Below, piece by piece: positions 21,478-31,088 of a stretch of DNA of 53,833 nt. The notes beneath the pieces were generated by a model. That model had not been told where the DNA came from, did no database searches, and worked only from the letters and a program-made list of their open reading frames with translations. Origin of the DNA: a virus (Duplodnaviria; Heunggongvirae; Uroviricota; Caudoviricetes); the IMG/VR virus record IMGVR_UViG_2740892427_000003; one strand, given 5' to 3'. The translations under genes and the position numbers were made by a program. Position 1 is the first letter of the stretch; the number at the start of each line of letters is the position of its first letter.

Positions 21478-22838
21478 TTTTTCAGAATCCCCCTGAACAT
21501 CGCCTTCACCGCATCATGCTCTGTTTCAGTGATTGCCTTATTACCGTCAGAGGCAACGACCGCCTGAGGCACGGAAGCTGTTTTACCGGACGACGCGAAC
21601 GGATCTTCACGGGCATCACGGCGGGACAACGCTTCCAGACTGTAGTTCTGCTGCTGAAGATACAGTGCATCACCGCCGGCCAGGGGCGGCAGGTTCTCCC
21701 GTTTACGGGCCTCATTGGGCGTGAGAAGCGTATTTTTCACCGCATCCCCCAGCGTTTTCATGCGCCGCTCACTGTCCATTCTCAGCAGCGTGGTGACATC
21801 AAATTCCGTACTCTCGTTTTCCCCCGTTTCCAGCGCCTCATCCAGTAACAGTTCAATGGACTCAATCAGCGTCTGCAGGCACTGAGAATAATACTGCTGC
21901 TCCAGCGCCTCCACGTTGTCACTGGAAGGCGGTTGTCCCACGCCAATCTTGTAGGCCGGGACACGGAACACCGAACAGACAATTTCAGCGGTCATCTTCA
22001 GTTGTTCCACCGTCTGCGAATCCACCGGTGAAAACGTCGTGGGGTTGTATTTTGCCCCGTTGCTCAGAATGGCCGTTTTCCCCGCATTTTCGCCTGTATA
22101 CCCGCTGTCCCAGTTGCTCTTCAGTTTTTTCGCATTTTCTTCCGTAATACTGCCGGGGATCTCAATCACCCCGGACGGCCTGCCGCCATTTCTGAAAAAA
22201 GACGTCGAATTTTCCTGAATATGATGCCCCTGCGTGGCCGCCAGCCCGGCGGCATACACCGGCGGCAACCCTATAAGCGGATGAAAAAAACAGTTAAACC
22301 GGTCGTGGATCACTTCCCGGGCAGGCACCGTCACCGCCTCAGTGATCCCGCAGTTCCGGTCCGGCGTGATGCGGTAGAACACCTCGCCGTCATCCGCCAC
22401 CAGAGGTTCAACCCGGTTCCAGTCCAGAATACGCAGTTCTTTGATCTGCCCCCGGGCATTACGGATTTTCAGCACCACCGTATTGCCGTGACGCAGTTTG
22501 GCGTTCAGCCACAGTTCAAAAAACTGGATGCGGTTCTGCTGGGCGTTGGGACGACGACAGAGGCGGGCAATATCCCCCCGGCGCGTTTCCCTGCGTATCC
22601 CCTGCGCATCCGTCTGCATAAGACGCAGCCGCATTTTGGCGATATCCTGGGATATCAGCGAAATACATGCAAACACCGCATGAAAGGAGAGGACGGCTTC
22701 AGGATCGGCTTTCACGCCCTGCTGCCAGGCGCCGGAAAAGGGCTCAGCCACCGCCTGAAACAGGCTGGTCCAGCCCGCCTCTCTTACGTCACGTCCTGAT
22801 TTCTGGTTTTTTCGGGTTCGCCGTAAAAGGTTCCACAT
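21474..22838 (-). CDS. phage portal protein (HK97 family)
   Basis: 454 aa; FFRNGGRPSGVIEIPGSITEENAKKLKSNWDSGYTGENAGKTAILSNGAKY...VFRVPAYKIG matches the HK97-type portal signature. Confidence 0.8.
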   Translation of the reverse strand: MWNLLRRTRKNQKSGRDVREAGWTSLFQAVAEPFSGAWQQGVKADPEAVLSFHAVFACISLISQDIAKMRLRLMQTDAQGIRRETRRGDIARLCRRPNAQQNRIQFFELWLNAKLRHGNTVVLKIRNARGQIKELRILDWNRVEPLVADDGEVFYRITPDRNCGITEAVTVPAREVIHDRFNCFFHPLIGLPPVYAAGLAATQGHHIQENSTSFFRNGGRPSGVIEIPGSITEENAKKLKSNWDSGYTGENAGKTAILSNGAKYNPTTFSPVDSQTVEQLKMTAEIVCSVFRVPAYKIGVGQPPSSDNVEALEQQYYSQCLQTLIESIELLLDEALETGENESTEFDVTTLLRMDSERRMKTLGDAVKNTLLTPNEARKRENLPPLAGGDALYLQQQNYSLEALSRRDAREDPFASSGKTASVPQAVVASDGNKAITETEHDAVKAMFRGILKK

Positions 22839-23005
22839 TCGCCATGCTCCGCATCACGTTTCTTTTTCTGACCTGCCGGACGTCGCACCGTGATGTACTC
22901 CGCCTTTCCCAGGCGAACCAGCACCTCCGCACACGGCTGTGCCACATCACGGATATCCCCGGCCCGGGCATCATGCGTGCCCTGCAGATATCGGATCTTT
23001 GCCAT
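22784..23005 (-). CDS. hypothetical small protein (73 aa) between capsid and portal genes
   Basis: ORF only; overlaps the portal start by 55 bp; no recognisable domain. Confidence 0.25.
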   Translation of the reverse strand: MAKIRYLQGTHDARAGDIRDVAQPCAEVLVRLGKAEYITVRRPAGQKKKRDAEHGECGTFYGEPEKTRNQDVT

Positions 23006-23049
23006 AACCTGTTACGGGAGGCACACGCCTCCCGTCCTCCTTATCAGAC

Positions 23050-24987
23050 TCAGCCGCCGGACGCACTGCCATAGTTCACTCCGGTGATCACCGCCACCGC
23101 CGCGGTACGGCGACGACGCCAGTTGATCCAGCGCTCCGCACGGATGGCCACGCTGCCTGTCTGGAACATGGAAACCAGCTCCACCGGCGACGGCGTGGTA
23201 CTGTCGCCGGTCGGCTCAGACTGCATTTCCAGTGATGCCTCGCGGGACATATCCACTGCCACGCCGCCGTCATCCGCCAGATAAATATCCGGGGCATTCA
23301 CCAGCACCAGCTGGTCACCCACGTACTGAGAGACAATCACCGGCAGCCCCTGGAAGGAGCCACCCAGCAGGGTCATGTCCGGGTATTCTTTCTGACCCAG
23401 CGCATTTTTACGCATGGACAGTGCCAGGGCATTTGTGCTGGACATCAGCCAGACCGCACCGGTGGGCTGCAGGTTTGCTGCCACAAACTGTCCAAACGCA
23501 GCCTCTGCATCCGCATCCGGGTTACCGCTTGATGCCGTGCCCTTCACATCATGGGTGATGGACGCCGGGGAGACATCTGCCACCGCCGCTTTTTTCGGGT
23601 CCACAAAGTCTGTATCCAGACGCGCCACCACCGCTTCCGCCAGCGCATTACGGACCAGTGCATCAGCAGCCGGACTGGAAAAACGGATCAATTCTTCCGT
23701 CAGTACCGCAATGGCCGACACCTTCGCATGACTGAAGGTGATGGATTCAAAATCAAACTTCGTCAGGGGTTTTGCCTTACCCTCACCCACCCAGCCGGCA
23801 GCACCGCCGGACACCTGGGCGTGCACACGGATATTGAACGGCACCTGACGAAGTGCAGGGATCCCACCCTGACCAAATCGCCCGATAATGGTCTGAGGAC
23901 GCAGGTAATCAATAAAGTCCTGTGCGTATTCCTGATATTCAGACAGGCTGCCTGCCCACTGCGGATCCGTGGTGGTCCCCGCGCCCACTGCCGATTTCAG
24001 GACATGATGCAGACGACTGTCATCCGGATACTGACGACGGGCCACTTCCAGGGCTTCAGAGCGGACACCTTTAGCCGCAGCCAGCGATTTGGCAAAACGT
24101 GCGAAACCAATCCCCTTATCCAGTTTCTGCTCCACACGGATCACCGGCGCAGAAGCCACCGCGGCCACATTCCCGTTACCGGCCTGTTTCACTGGCTGCG
24201 CCGTGGCGGCCTTACCGGCTTCCAGTTCACGCAGGCGCTTCAGGTGCGCATCCACCTGACGGATTTCCGCTGCGGTGTTGTCGTAATGCTCCTCCTCCTC
24301 CACATCCAGCGTGCGCCCTTCCTCTGCGGCTTTGGTCATGACCTCCTCAAGGGAGGCTGCCAGCGCTGCACGCTTGTTTTCAAAACTTTTAATCTGTTCG
24401 CCAATATTCATTATGGTCTTTTCCTTATGAAAAACGGTTGTTGACTGTGCCGCAGCGCCGGCAGAAGATGCGATTTTCACCACCGGTTTCCGGTTGCCGG
24501 ACGCGGCAGAAAACGGGCGGTCGTAAGATTTAATGGTCCGGATGGTGCATTCCGCATTCGCGGGCACGGTAACGGCAGACACCTCCATCAGCTCCCAGCG
24601 CAGAAAATGCAGTCCACCTCCGTCCAGAAAGGTGTATTCATGGGGACGGAAGCCCACGGACAGCCCCCTGACCAGCCCGGTCTTAATGGCCGCCCAGACC
24701 TCATCCAGCCGGGCAGCCAGTTGCGACGGCATATCCGGTACGGGCTTCACCAGTGTTGCCGTGATTTCCAGCCCTTCGCTGACCCGGCGCACCGTACACT
24801 GCCCCACCGGGCGGGAATGGTCATGCTGCCAGAGAAACGGGATCGCACTGCCAAACTCCGCGCCCTCCGGCTCCAGGATGTCACCATCCCGATCCGGAGA
24901 AGGCGTTGACGCAATCCCGGTGATCACCCGCTCATCCTCACTGAAGGATTTCACCGTCAGCAGGGAGCAGGCCCGTTTAAGAGTCAC
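23050..24987 (-). CDS. fused prohead protease and major capsid protein (HK97 family)
   Basis: N-terminal ~190 aa protease-like (ITGIASTPSPDRDGDIL...GLSVGF); C-terminal HK97-fold capsid-like; GTG start with AGGAGG 5 nt upstream. Confidence 0.8.
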   Translation of the reverse strand: MTLKRACSLLTVKSFSEDERVITGIASTPSPDRDGDILEPEGAEFGSAIPFLWQHDHSRPVGQCTVRRVSEGLEITATLVKPVPDMPSQLAARLDEVWAAIKTGLVRGLSVGFRPHEYTFLDGGGLHFLRWELMEVSAVTVPANAECTIRTIKSYDRPFSAASGNRKPVVKIASSAGAAAQSTTVFHKEKTIMNIGEQIKSFENKRAALAASLEEVMTKAAEEGRTLDVEEEEHYDNTAAEIRQVDAHLKRLRELEAGKAATAQPVKQAGNGNVAAVASAPVIRVEQKLDKGIGFARFAKSLAAAKGVRSEALEVARRQYPDDSRLHHVLKSAVGAGTTTDPQWAGSLSEYQEYAQDFIDYLRPQTIIGRFGQGGIPALRQVPFNIRVHAQVSGGAAGWVGEGKAKPLTKFDFESITFSHAKVSAIAVLTEELIRFSSPAADALVRNALAEAVVARLDTDFVDPKKAAVADVSPASITHDVKGTASSGNPDADAEAAFGQFVAANLQPTGAVWLMSSTNALALSMRKNALGQKEYPDMTLLGGSFQGLPVIVSQYVGDQLVLVNAPDIYLADDGGVAVDMSREASLEMQSEPTGDSTTPSPVELVSMFQTGSVAIRAERWINWRRRRTAAVAVITGVNYGSASGG

Positions 24988-25050
24988 ATCAGCCTCCTGA
25001 AAATAAAAAAACCGCCGCAGCGGTCCATGATGGTTACAGGGTGAACAGGG

Positions 25051-26712
25051 TTATATGAAAAAAACCGCATATTCTTTCTTTTTGGGCTCCGGATTCAGGG
25101 ATATCAGGGATACCGCATTGAACAGCGCCATCAGCGGGTCAATTTTCCCCCGTCCGCTGGCCTGTTTGGTAATAAGGATGGCGTTACCTTTAGGCTCCAC
25201 CCGGGCATTGCCAACGCACCAGGCCATCAGTGGCTGACCACCATGCACCAGCACTCCCTCAGCCAGTTTGCGCTCGGTGGTTTTGATGGCCCCGCCCAGC
25301 TTCCAGCCCTGGCTTATCCCCACAACAATTCCGTCGGGGATCCCGGCTTCCGCCAGTGAATCCAGAATCTGCCCCACACCTGACGGGTCAATACCGATAT
25401 GATCCAGTAACTCAGCCTCATGAATACGACGCACATACTCCGCCACTTCCGCCGTGTCATCCCCGACCCGACGGACAATCGTCATGTCTCCACAGGCCAC
25501 AAAATCCTGAAAACGGGATGCCTCACTCTTCCGTCTGACCACCGCTGTTTCATGCGCCCAGGCATGGCCCCAGCCCAGCCATTCGCGGGTTTCCCTGTCA
25601 CGGCCAATCACGTACATTCCCAGCAGATCATCCAGGCCCCCGCCGTCAATCCCCACCGTCACCACATCAGCGCGCTGCAGAATATCGTCCAGGCTGACGC
25701 GCCTGCCCTGCTGCTCCCAGAAATCCGCACCCGCCCAGCGGTCAGAACGCAGGGCAAGACCAATTTCCACATTGGCGTGTTTTGACATGAACCCCCGGAA
25801 TGTATCTTCACCGGCTTCCCGGGCTTTACGATACTCCCGGTACAGAAAGGCCTCATCCACCGAATAACCGAGATTCGGATTGACCATGGCGAGGTTTTCC
25901 ATCAGCAGGTGCTCACCGCGCTCCACCATCTCCGGCGGATGCTCAAATATCACCGGCAGAAAGTGCGGATCATGAATTTTGCCGTCGCGCACATCCCGGG
26001 CGTACTGCAGTTTCTGTCTGAACACCCCGGCGGGCGGTTCATTCGACTGGGTGGTCGTATACACCACAAACCCTTCCGGGCGGGAGGCAAGGCCACCTAT
26101 GGCTTCACGTAACATGTCCTCCGCTTTGTACTGCTTGCCAAACAGCCACAGTTCATCAATCAGTGTCCCCACGGACTTGATACCGGACACCGTATTCGGA
26201 TCGGCTGCCACCACCTTCAGGGTGGTGTCCGTCACCCGATGGGTGATGGTCCGGATATGTGTCTGCACCTGACAGAGGTCATCCAGATCATCGTCCCGTC
26301 GTACCATATCCCTGGCAGGATTGAAGGCATTAGCCGCCACCTCCACGGTCGGGGCCAGAATGGTGTAGCCCGCCGCCTGCCGCCAGTTCAGTAACAGCGC
26401 CGTCATCATGATCCCGGCAGCCAGCGTGGACTTGCTGTTTTTTTTGGGTATCAGAATGAACACTTCCTTTATATGGCGTACACCGGTCTGCGCATCGTAG
26501 GAGCCAAACAGGGCAGCCACCAGATCAAACACCCACGGTGCACAGGACTCCCCGAACGTCGGGCTGCCCGGTGCATCCACAATCCGCAGTTGTTTAAAAA
26601 TCGCCAGGGCATGTGCGGCCTGGTCCGGGTAAATCGGAGCCGGAATAATCGACAGCCCCTTTTTCAGGCGCTCTGCCCAGTCCGGGCAGGCCGTGCTCCA
26701 CACAGGTATCAT
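25051..26712 (-). CDS. terminase large subunit
   Basis: 553 aa with terminase ATPase and nuclease pattern. Confidence 0.9.
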   Translation of the reverse strand: MIPVWSTACPDWAERLKKGLSIIPAPIYPDQAAHALAIFKQLRIVDAPGSPTFGESCAPWVFDLVAALFGSYDAQTGVRHIKEVFILIPKKNSKSTLAAGIMMTALLLNWRQAAGYTILAPTVEVAANAFNPARDMVRRDDDLDDLCQVQTHIRTITHRVTDTTLKVVAADPNTVSGIKSVGTLIDELWLFGKQYKAEDMLREAIGGLASRPEGFVVYTTTQSNEPPAGVFRQKLQYARDVRDGKIHDPHFLPVIFEHPPEMVERGEHLLMENLAMVNPNLGYSVDEAFLYREYRKAREAGEDTFRGFMSKHANVEIGLALRSDRWAGADFWEQQGRRVSLDDILQRADVVTVGIDGGGLDDLLGMYVIGRDRETREWLGWGHAWAHETAVVRRKSEASRFQDFVACGDMTIVRRVGDDTAEVAEYVRRIHEAELLDHIGIDPSGVGQILDSLAEAGIPDGIVVGISQGWKLGGAIKTTERKLAEGVLVHGGQPLMAWCVGNARVEPKGNAILITKQASGRGKIDPLMALFNAVSLISLNPEPKKKEYAVFFI

Positions 26713-27272
26713 CCGCTGCCCTCATTATCATTATTCACCACCAGTCGGGGGGGTGGTGGCACCGCAAAACGGTTAGCCGCTTTTTTCGCCGCGTCACCTT
26801 TTGCCGATTTTTTACCGGCATCCCCTTTTTTGTGGTGCGTGAACTGTGCCAGCTTATAAGCCACATCCAGCGCCAGCCTGGGGTCGGTATTAATGTTCTC
26901 CACCAGAAGACGCCCCATCGCTTTCACCGGATCGGGAAGACCGTCATCCATATACTCAATACCAGGAGATATCACCACGGGCAGTGGCATCTCCGGATTT
27001 GTTTCGTCCGGCTGTGGTATTGCAGCCGCCTCACGGCGACGGGGTTTATCCTCCTGCTCTGATTTTTTCTGCCGGTAAACAGGAACCTCATCCACCTCTA
27101 CCGTCTCGCACTGCTTACGGGCTATAAACGCGAGCACCTCCGGATCTTTTGCCAGCTGCGAGCCTTTAACCCTGGCTGTCTTCGCCGAATAACCGGCGGC
27201 AATGGCTGACGCTGTTTTGTTTTTCCCGGACATGAGCGCCAGCGCAAATTTTCGTTTTTGCGTTGTCAGCAC
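26709..27272 (-). CDS. terminase small subunit
   Basis: 187 aa; KRKFALALMSGKNKTASAIAAGYSAKTA matches the TerS N-terminal DNA-binding motif; 4-bp overlap with TerL. Confidence 0.7.
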   Translation of the reverse strand: MLTTQKRKFALALMSGKNKTASAIAAGYSAKTARVKGSQLAKDPEVLAFIARKQCETVEVDEVPVYRQKKSEQEDKPRRREAAAIPQPDETNPEMPLPVVISPGIEYMDDGLPDPVKAMGRLLVENINTDPRLALDVAYKLAQFTHHKKGDAGKKSAKGDAAKKAANRFAVPPPPRLVVNNDNEGSG

Positions 27273-27560
27273 AGCCTCCTCCCGGGTCCAGAATGCACTC
27301 AGCCGGGTATGGTTCAGCCCATTTTTCCCGGCGTCTCATGCCGCAAATGTTAACTGCTGCCTGGTTAACATTTGCTGAAAAAGCCTGTTAACATTTTTCC
27401 GCGCAACAAACTGAATAATAAAGATAAAAACTGCAAAAATGCCCGTGAAGCCAGTTAACATGTTAACTGACCTGAAACGGGAATTTTTTCTCTGCGTGAG
27501 AGGGGGCGCGGTGTCCGGAGCGATCGTTTTTTACGCCGGATGATACCCCCCCGGGTCGGG
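27273..27560. promoter_or_regulatory. putative cos / terminase recognition region
   Basis: Non-coding segment between HNH and TerS with five GTTAACAT/ATGTTAAC motifs (27346-27468) and a GC-rich segment at 27480-27545. Confidence 0.4.
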
Positions 27561-27926
27561 TTACAGTCCGATGATGTCGTCCGCTCTGCCACTACCTCCG
27601 GACACCTCCGACAGTGTCGGGTCCGGCATACCACCCGCCGCTTCACGAGCAGACTTTTGTCGATGGCATTCGGTACAGAGCGTCCAGAGATTCGTCTCCT
27701 CATTACCACCACCGAACTGAAGTGCAATTCGGTGATCGAGTTCACTGTCACAGAGGTCAACCACACGACCACAGAGACAGCACTGCCCGGCATCCCTGAG
27801 CCAGATATGACGCTTGAGGGAAACACGTGCACTGCCACTGACACGACGCTGTTCACCCTTCAGAATATTCACCCGTCGGGTATTCAGTGTTTTGATTCTG
27901 CTCTGGAGTGTACGAAGCTCAGCCAT
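27561..27926 (-). CDS. HNH endonuclease (terminase-associated)
   Basis: 121 aa with CxxC...H...CxxCH zinc-finger/HNH pattern (CCLCGR...LDHRIALQFGG...LWTLCTECHRQK). Confidence 0.8.
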   Translation of the reverse strand: MAELRTLQSRIKTLNTRRVNILKGEQRRVSGSARVSLKRHIWLRDAGQCCLCGRVVDLCDSELDHRIALQFGGGNEETNLWTLCTECHRQKSAREAAGGMPDPTLSEVSGGSGRADDIIGL

Positions 27927-27967
27927 GTAAAATCCCCGTCATAAGGCAATCAGTAAAGGAAATAAAT

Positions 27968-28168
27968 ATGTCATCGAAAAACCGGACCCGCAGAACCACA
28001 ACCCGCAATATCCGTTTCCCCAATCACATGATTGAACAGATCAACATCGCCCTTGAGCATAAAGGGTCCGGTAACTTTTCAGCGTGGGTTATTGAAGCCT
28101 GCCGGAGAAGGCTGGCAACAGATGCAACGCACCTGCGCCCGGCCAGCATGACAAATAACGAGAAATGA
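27968..28168 (+). CDS. putative ribbon-helix-helix DNA-binding protein
   Basis: Start trimmed to MSSKNRTRR (AAGGA upstream); IRFPNHMIEQINIALEHKGSGNFSAWVIEACRRRL fits an RHH pattern. Confidence 0.35.
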   Translation: MSSKNRTRRTTTRNIRFPNHMIEQINIALEHKGSGNFSAWVIEACRRRLATDATHLRPASMTNNEK

Positions 28169-28299
28169 ACGTTCGGTTACAGGAGCAGGTACCCACTGTC
28201 CTCCAACAATATTTCATCTTCATACCCGGCGGAACAAGACTTACCCAGCCGGGATGTACAGAATAACAACAGAGTGATAATTAATTTCTGATGAAATAA

Positions 28300-28626
28300 T
28301 CAGGGTGCAGAAGGACTAAAGATAAACGTTTTCTTCACGCCTTTACGCGGCCTGTCCTTCTCAAATCGCCATTTTGCCATCGCCTTTACAACCTGCTCAT
28401 CAAACAGATGGTGCGGCTCTGAACGGATAAACTCAATTCGGGTGACAGTACCATCAGCACCAATATCAAACTTCACATCAACCCGTCCCTTTATATAATT
28501 TGCCGCTGCATAGGCCGGATATTGTGGTAATGCCTTAACCAACTGTCGGGGCATATCTGTTTTATGTTGCGTACAGCCCATAACCAGAGAAGACAACAAA
28601 ATAATTAACGGAAGATTTCTTTTCAT
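28300..28626 (-). CDS. TonB C-terminal-domain lipoprotein
   Basis: Lipoprotein signal MKRNLPLIILLSSLVMGC; PQYPAYAAANYIKGRVDVKFDIGADGTVTRIEFIRSEPHHLFDEQVVKAMAKWRFE aligns closely with the E. coli TonB C-terminal domain as recalled. Start could instead be 28632 or 28641. Confidence 0.75.
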   Translation of the reverse strand: MKRNLPLIILLSSLVMGCTQHKTDMPRQLVKALPQYPAYAAANYIKGRVDVKFDIGADGTVTRIEFIRSEPHHLFDEQVVKAMAKWRFEKDRPRKGVKKTFIFSPSAP

Positions 28627-29156
28627 TTTCATTCCCGGCACAGATAAGAATAAGTCTTATTCTAACAATGCCACCCTGTCGGCCATCAATCCTCTGCTTA
28701 ATGGCAACGACAATTATCCGACTTAAATCACAAATCAGACACATGACATAACAGGTCTTGCGAGGTAACACATCGTCCGGTTTCTTCCACCATCGCACCG
28801 GACCAGCGACCATGAGGGGACAACGCCGCGCTCCGTTAACGCGGTAAACCCCGGTGTGTATCGTTTTTGATTATCCCCGCACACTCGCGCAGAGGAGTCT
28901 CCCGGTCGGGCTGCGGTCTCTGTTAATGCAGCGGATACCATGCGGCATTTAGCGGCATTCATCGTATACTCAACGGTTAGCTCTTCATTCGTGGCATTCA
29001 CCTGAAAGGTCCGGGAGTGTAATTGCGTACATTTACCACTGAACGAACCTTCAACAAGAACACGACCACGCTGCAAAATACGGAACGGAATTGTTCCCTG
29101 AAAAGGCTTTACGGTTACCAATAATTTCTGCATGCATTCTCCGAATAACAAAAATA

Positions 29157-29630
29157 CTAGTTAATACACTGAGTGCGGATATATTCCTGAAGCATTCTCA
29201 ATGCTGCCTGGTCGCTGATGATTCCGTCTCTGATACCGAGAACGTTTCGTCCAGCAACCGGAGAGAGTTCGACGGCGGCATCATTGCCCACGCCGGAGGT
29301 GCCGGTGGCTTCACGCACGGTACCGGGGCAGGTGGCGTTGATCCGCAGGCGCTTACGACCAGCGGCAACATCAGCACGCAGAGTTTCATTTTCAGCTCTC
29401 GCATCGGCTAATTCCCTCGAGTATTTTGCATCGAGCGCAGCAACATCGCGCTGGCGCACCTGCATATCAGTAATGGTTGCGTTTGCCAGCTCCAGCTCTC
29501 TGGCTTTTTTATCACGCTGCGCTTTGTAGGTGATGGCGTTATCGCGGTAATGATTCAGCCCCAGACTAAGCGCACCACAGACCACCAGCAGAATAACGGT
29601 AAACGCGGAAAGCATTCGGTTTATGCTCAC
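29157..29630 (-). CDS. Rz: i-spanin Rz
   Basis: 157 aa; [45 protein letters not shown] is lambda Rz-like. Confidence 0.9.
   Translation of the reverse strand: MSINRMLSAFTVILLVVCGALSLGLNHYRDNAITYKAQRDKKARELELANATITDMQVRQRDVAALDAKYSRELADARAENETLRADVAAGRKRLRINATCPGTVREATGTSGVGNDAAVELSPVAGRNVLGIRDGIISDQAALRMLQEYIRTQCIN
29198..29404 (-). CDS. Rz1: o-spanin Rz1, embedded in Rz in the +1 frame
   Basis: Lipoprotein signal [15 protein letters not shown] followed by a Pro-rich segment, nested inside Rz. Confidence 0.8.
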   Translation of the reverse strand: MRELKMKLCVLMLPLVVSACGSTPPAPVPCVKPPAPPAWAMMPPSNSLRLLDETFSVSETESSATRQH

Positions 29631-29758
29631 CCCAGCATCCCCGACGAAGATAACATCATCCAGCCCATGGAAAGAAAAAGAGCAACCAGCATTAGTGAAA
29701 ATGAAATGCCGATGATTACACAGAGGATCTTCGCCAGCATTATGAGTTTGTCTGACAT
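29627..29758 (-). CDS. small hydrophobic protein (43 aa) immediately upstream of Rz
   Basis: GGGAGG 7 nt upstream of ATG at 29756-29758; [43 protein letters not shown]; stop overlaps the Rz GTG. Confidence 0.4.
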   Translation of the reverse strand: MSDKLIMLAKILCVIIGISFSLMLVALFLSMGWMMLSSSGMLG

Positions 29759-29780
29759 GTTTAATCCTCCCTTCACGATT

Positions 29781-29957
29781 TCAACGCAATGACCAGTTTT
29801 GCCAGCCCATACAGCATCGGAGACACAGCGATATACCGACCGCCACCCACTTAATAGCAAAAGCCAGTGCTCTGCTGATGTCATCAGTTACTGGCGCTTT
29901 CAGTTCAAGGCCGTTTTTCATAGTCAACCTCAACAGAATTCGTTTATACTTTTCCAT
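29781..29957 (-). CDS. small protein (58 aa) with C-terminal hydrophobic segment
   Basis: AAGGGAGA upstream of ATG at 29955-29957; MEKYKRILLRLTMKNGLELKAPVTDDISRALAFAIKWVAVGISLCLRCCMGWQNWSLR. Confidence 0.4.
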   Translation of the reverse strand: MEKYKRILLRLTMKNGLELKAPVTDDISRALAFAIKWVAVGISLCLRCCMGWQNWSLR

Positions 29958-30113
29958 GTTCTCCCTTGCCTTATCCAAGGTCAGAAACACAAAACCCCGC
30001 TTGCTGCCAACAAACGGGGTTTTTACTTTTATTCACTTAGGTTTTGCCAGTTCGCAGGATTTCGTGTTATCCGTCCGCGTTGGCCAACGTCATTTTTCAG
30101 CAAAATATTCTGC

Positions 30114-30647
30114 TTATCTGTCGATACCCCAGCACGCCAGCGCGCTCTCCTGGTCACGACGGGATACCTGACCATAACAGTTATTTGAGCGGATACGGCA
30201 GTCTCTGCCACCGTCCTTAATCCACCAGCGAAGCGCCTCACACGCTCCCCTGCGATCTCCTGCATTAATTCGTTTATAAAACGTCGACGGGAAACACTTA
30301 CCCGGGCCAATGTTGTAAGGACAGAATGACGCAATACCCGCTTTCTGGGGTTCAGTCAGTGGCACTTTGATGTTTTTCTCCACCCATGCCAGCGCCTTAT
30401 CACGCTCAATGGCGTTAACCCGGTCGCATTTCCCCTTCGACAGCTTCATGCCAGGAATAACAGGCTTACCATCCACCCGGGTGGCTCCACGGCAGATGGT
30501 CCAGATACCCGCACCATCACGGTATGCCGTAGTGTGGTTACCTTCTTTTTCGTCAAGAAACTGGTCGAGGATTTCAGGCGCAGAAGCCCCTGCGGCAATC
30601 AACGCCAGAACGGCAGCCGACAGGCCGTATTTTATTTTTGTGTTCAT
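30114..30647 (-). CDS. R: SAR endolysin (lysozyme, glycoside hydrolase family 24)
   Basis: 177 aa; N-terminal weakly hydrophobic SAR-like segment GLSAAVLALIAAGASA, then lysozyme core (EGNHTTAYRDGAGIWTICRG). Confidence 0.85.
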   Translation of the reverse strand: MNTKIKYGLSAAVLALIAAGASAPEILDQFLDEKEGNHTTAYRDGAGIWTICRGATRVDGKPVIPGMKLSKGKCDRVNAIERDKALAWVEKNIKVPLTEPQKAGIASFCPYNIGPGKCFPSTFYKRINAGDRRGACEALRWWIKDGGRDCRIRSNNCYGQVSRRDQESALACWGIDR

Positions 30648-30683
30648 GGATATATTAAATATTCAGCCGCTGTCCCAGGCCCA

Positions 30684-31088
30684 CTAAATACGCACTTTCA
30701 GATAAGTCAGTCCGGGATGAAGCCAGTAAGCCGGCACTTTTTTAAAGGGCGGATTATCAAAATCACGAAGAAGTGCCTCCCGCACAACTGAATCCTTGTC
30801 CGCACCACTGGCCAGCGCTTCAATCTCAGCGGCTACCTGCAGATACCCCATGCAACGACCAATGCGCTGCATCAGCCCCTGTTTTTTATTGTTCTTCAGG
30901 TAATCAATGGCAAATTCAATGAGCTCCTCACTGTGCTGGTGCGATGGAGGTGTTACTTTCCCATTTTCTGAGATGGTTATTTTCCCACCATCACCGGATA
31001 CAACAAAGGATGGCCGGTTACACTCCCATTCCAGCTCACTGAAATTATCATTATGAATACTGAAACACTCTGCGAGATTTCTGCTCAT
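30684..31088 (-). CDS. hypothetical protein B of a two-gene cassette inserted between holin and endolysin
   Basis: ATG at 31086-31088 overlaps the stop of the upstream gene (TGATG); 134 aa, no recognised domain. Confidence 0.5.
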   Translation of the reverse strand: MSRNLAECFSIHNDNFSELEWECNRPSFVVSGDGGKITISENGKVTPPSHQHSEELIEFAIDYLKNNKKQGLMQRIGRCMGYLQVAAEIEALASGADKDSVVREALLRDFDNPPFKKVPAYWLHPGLTYLKVRI

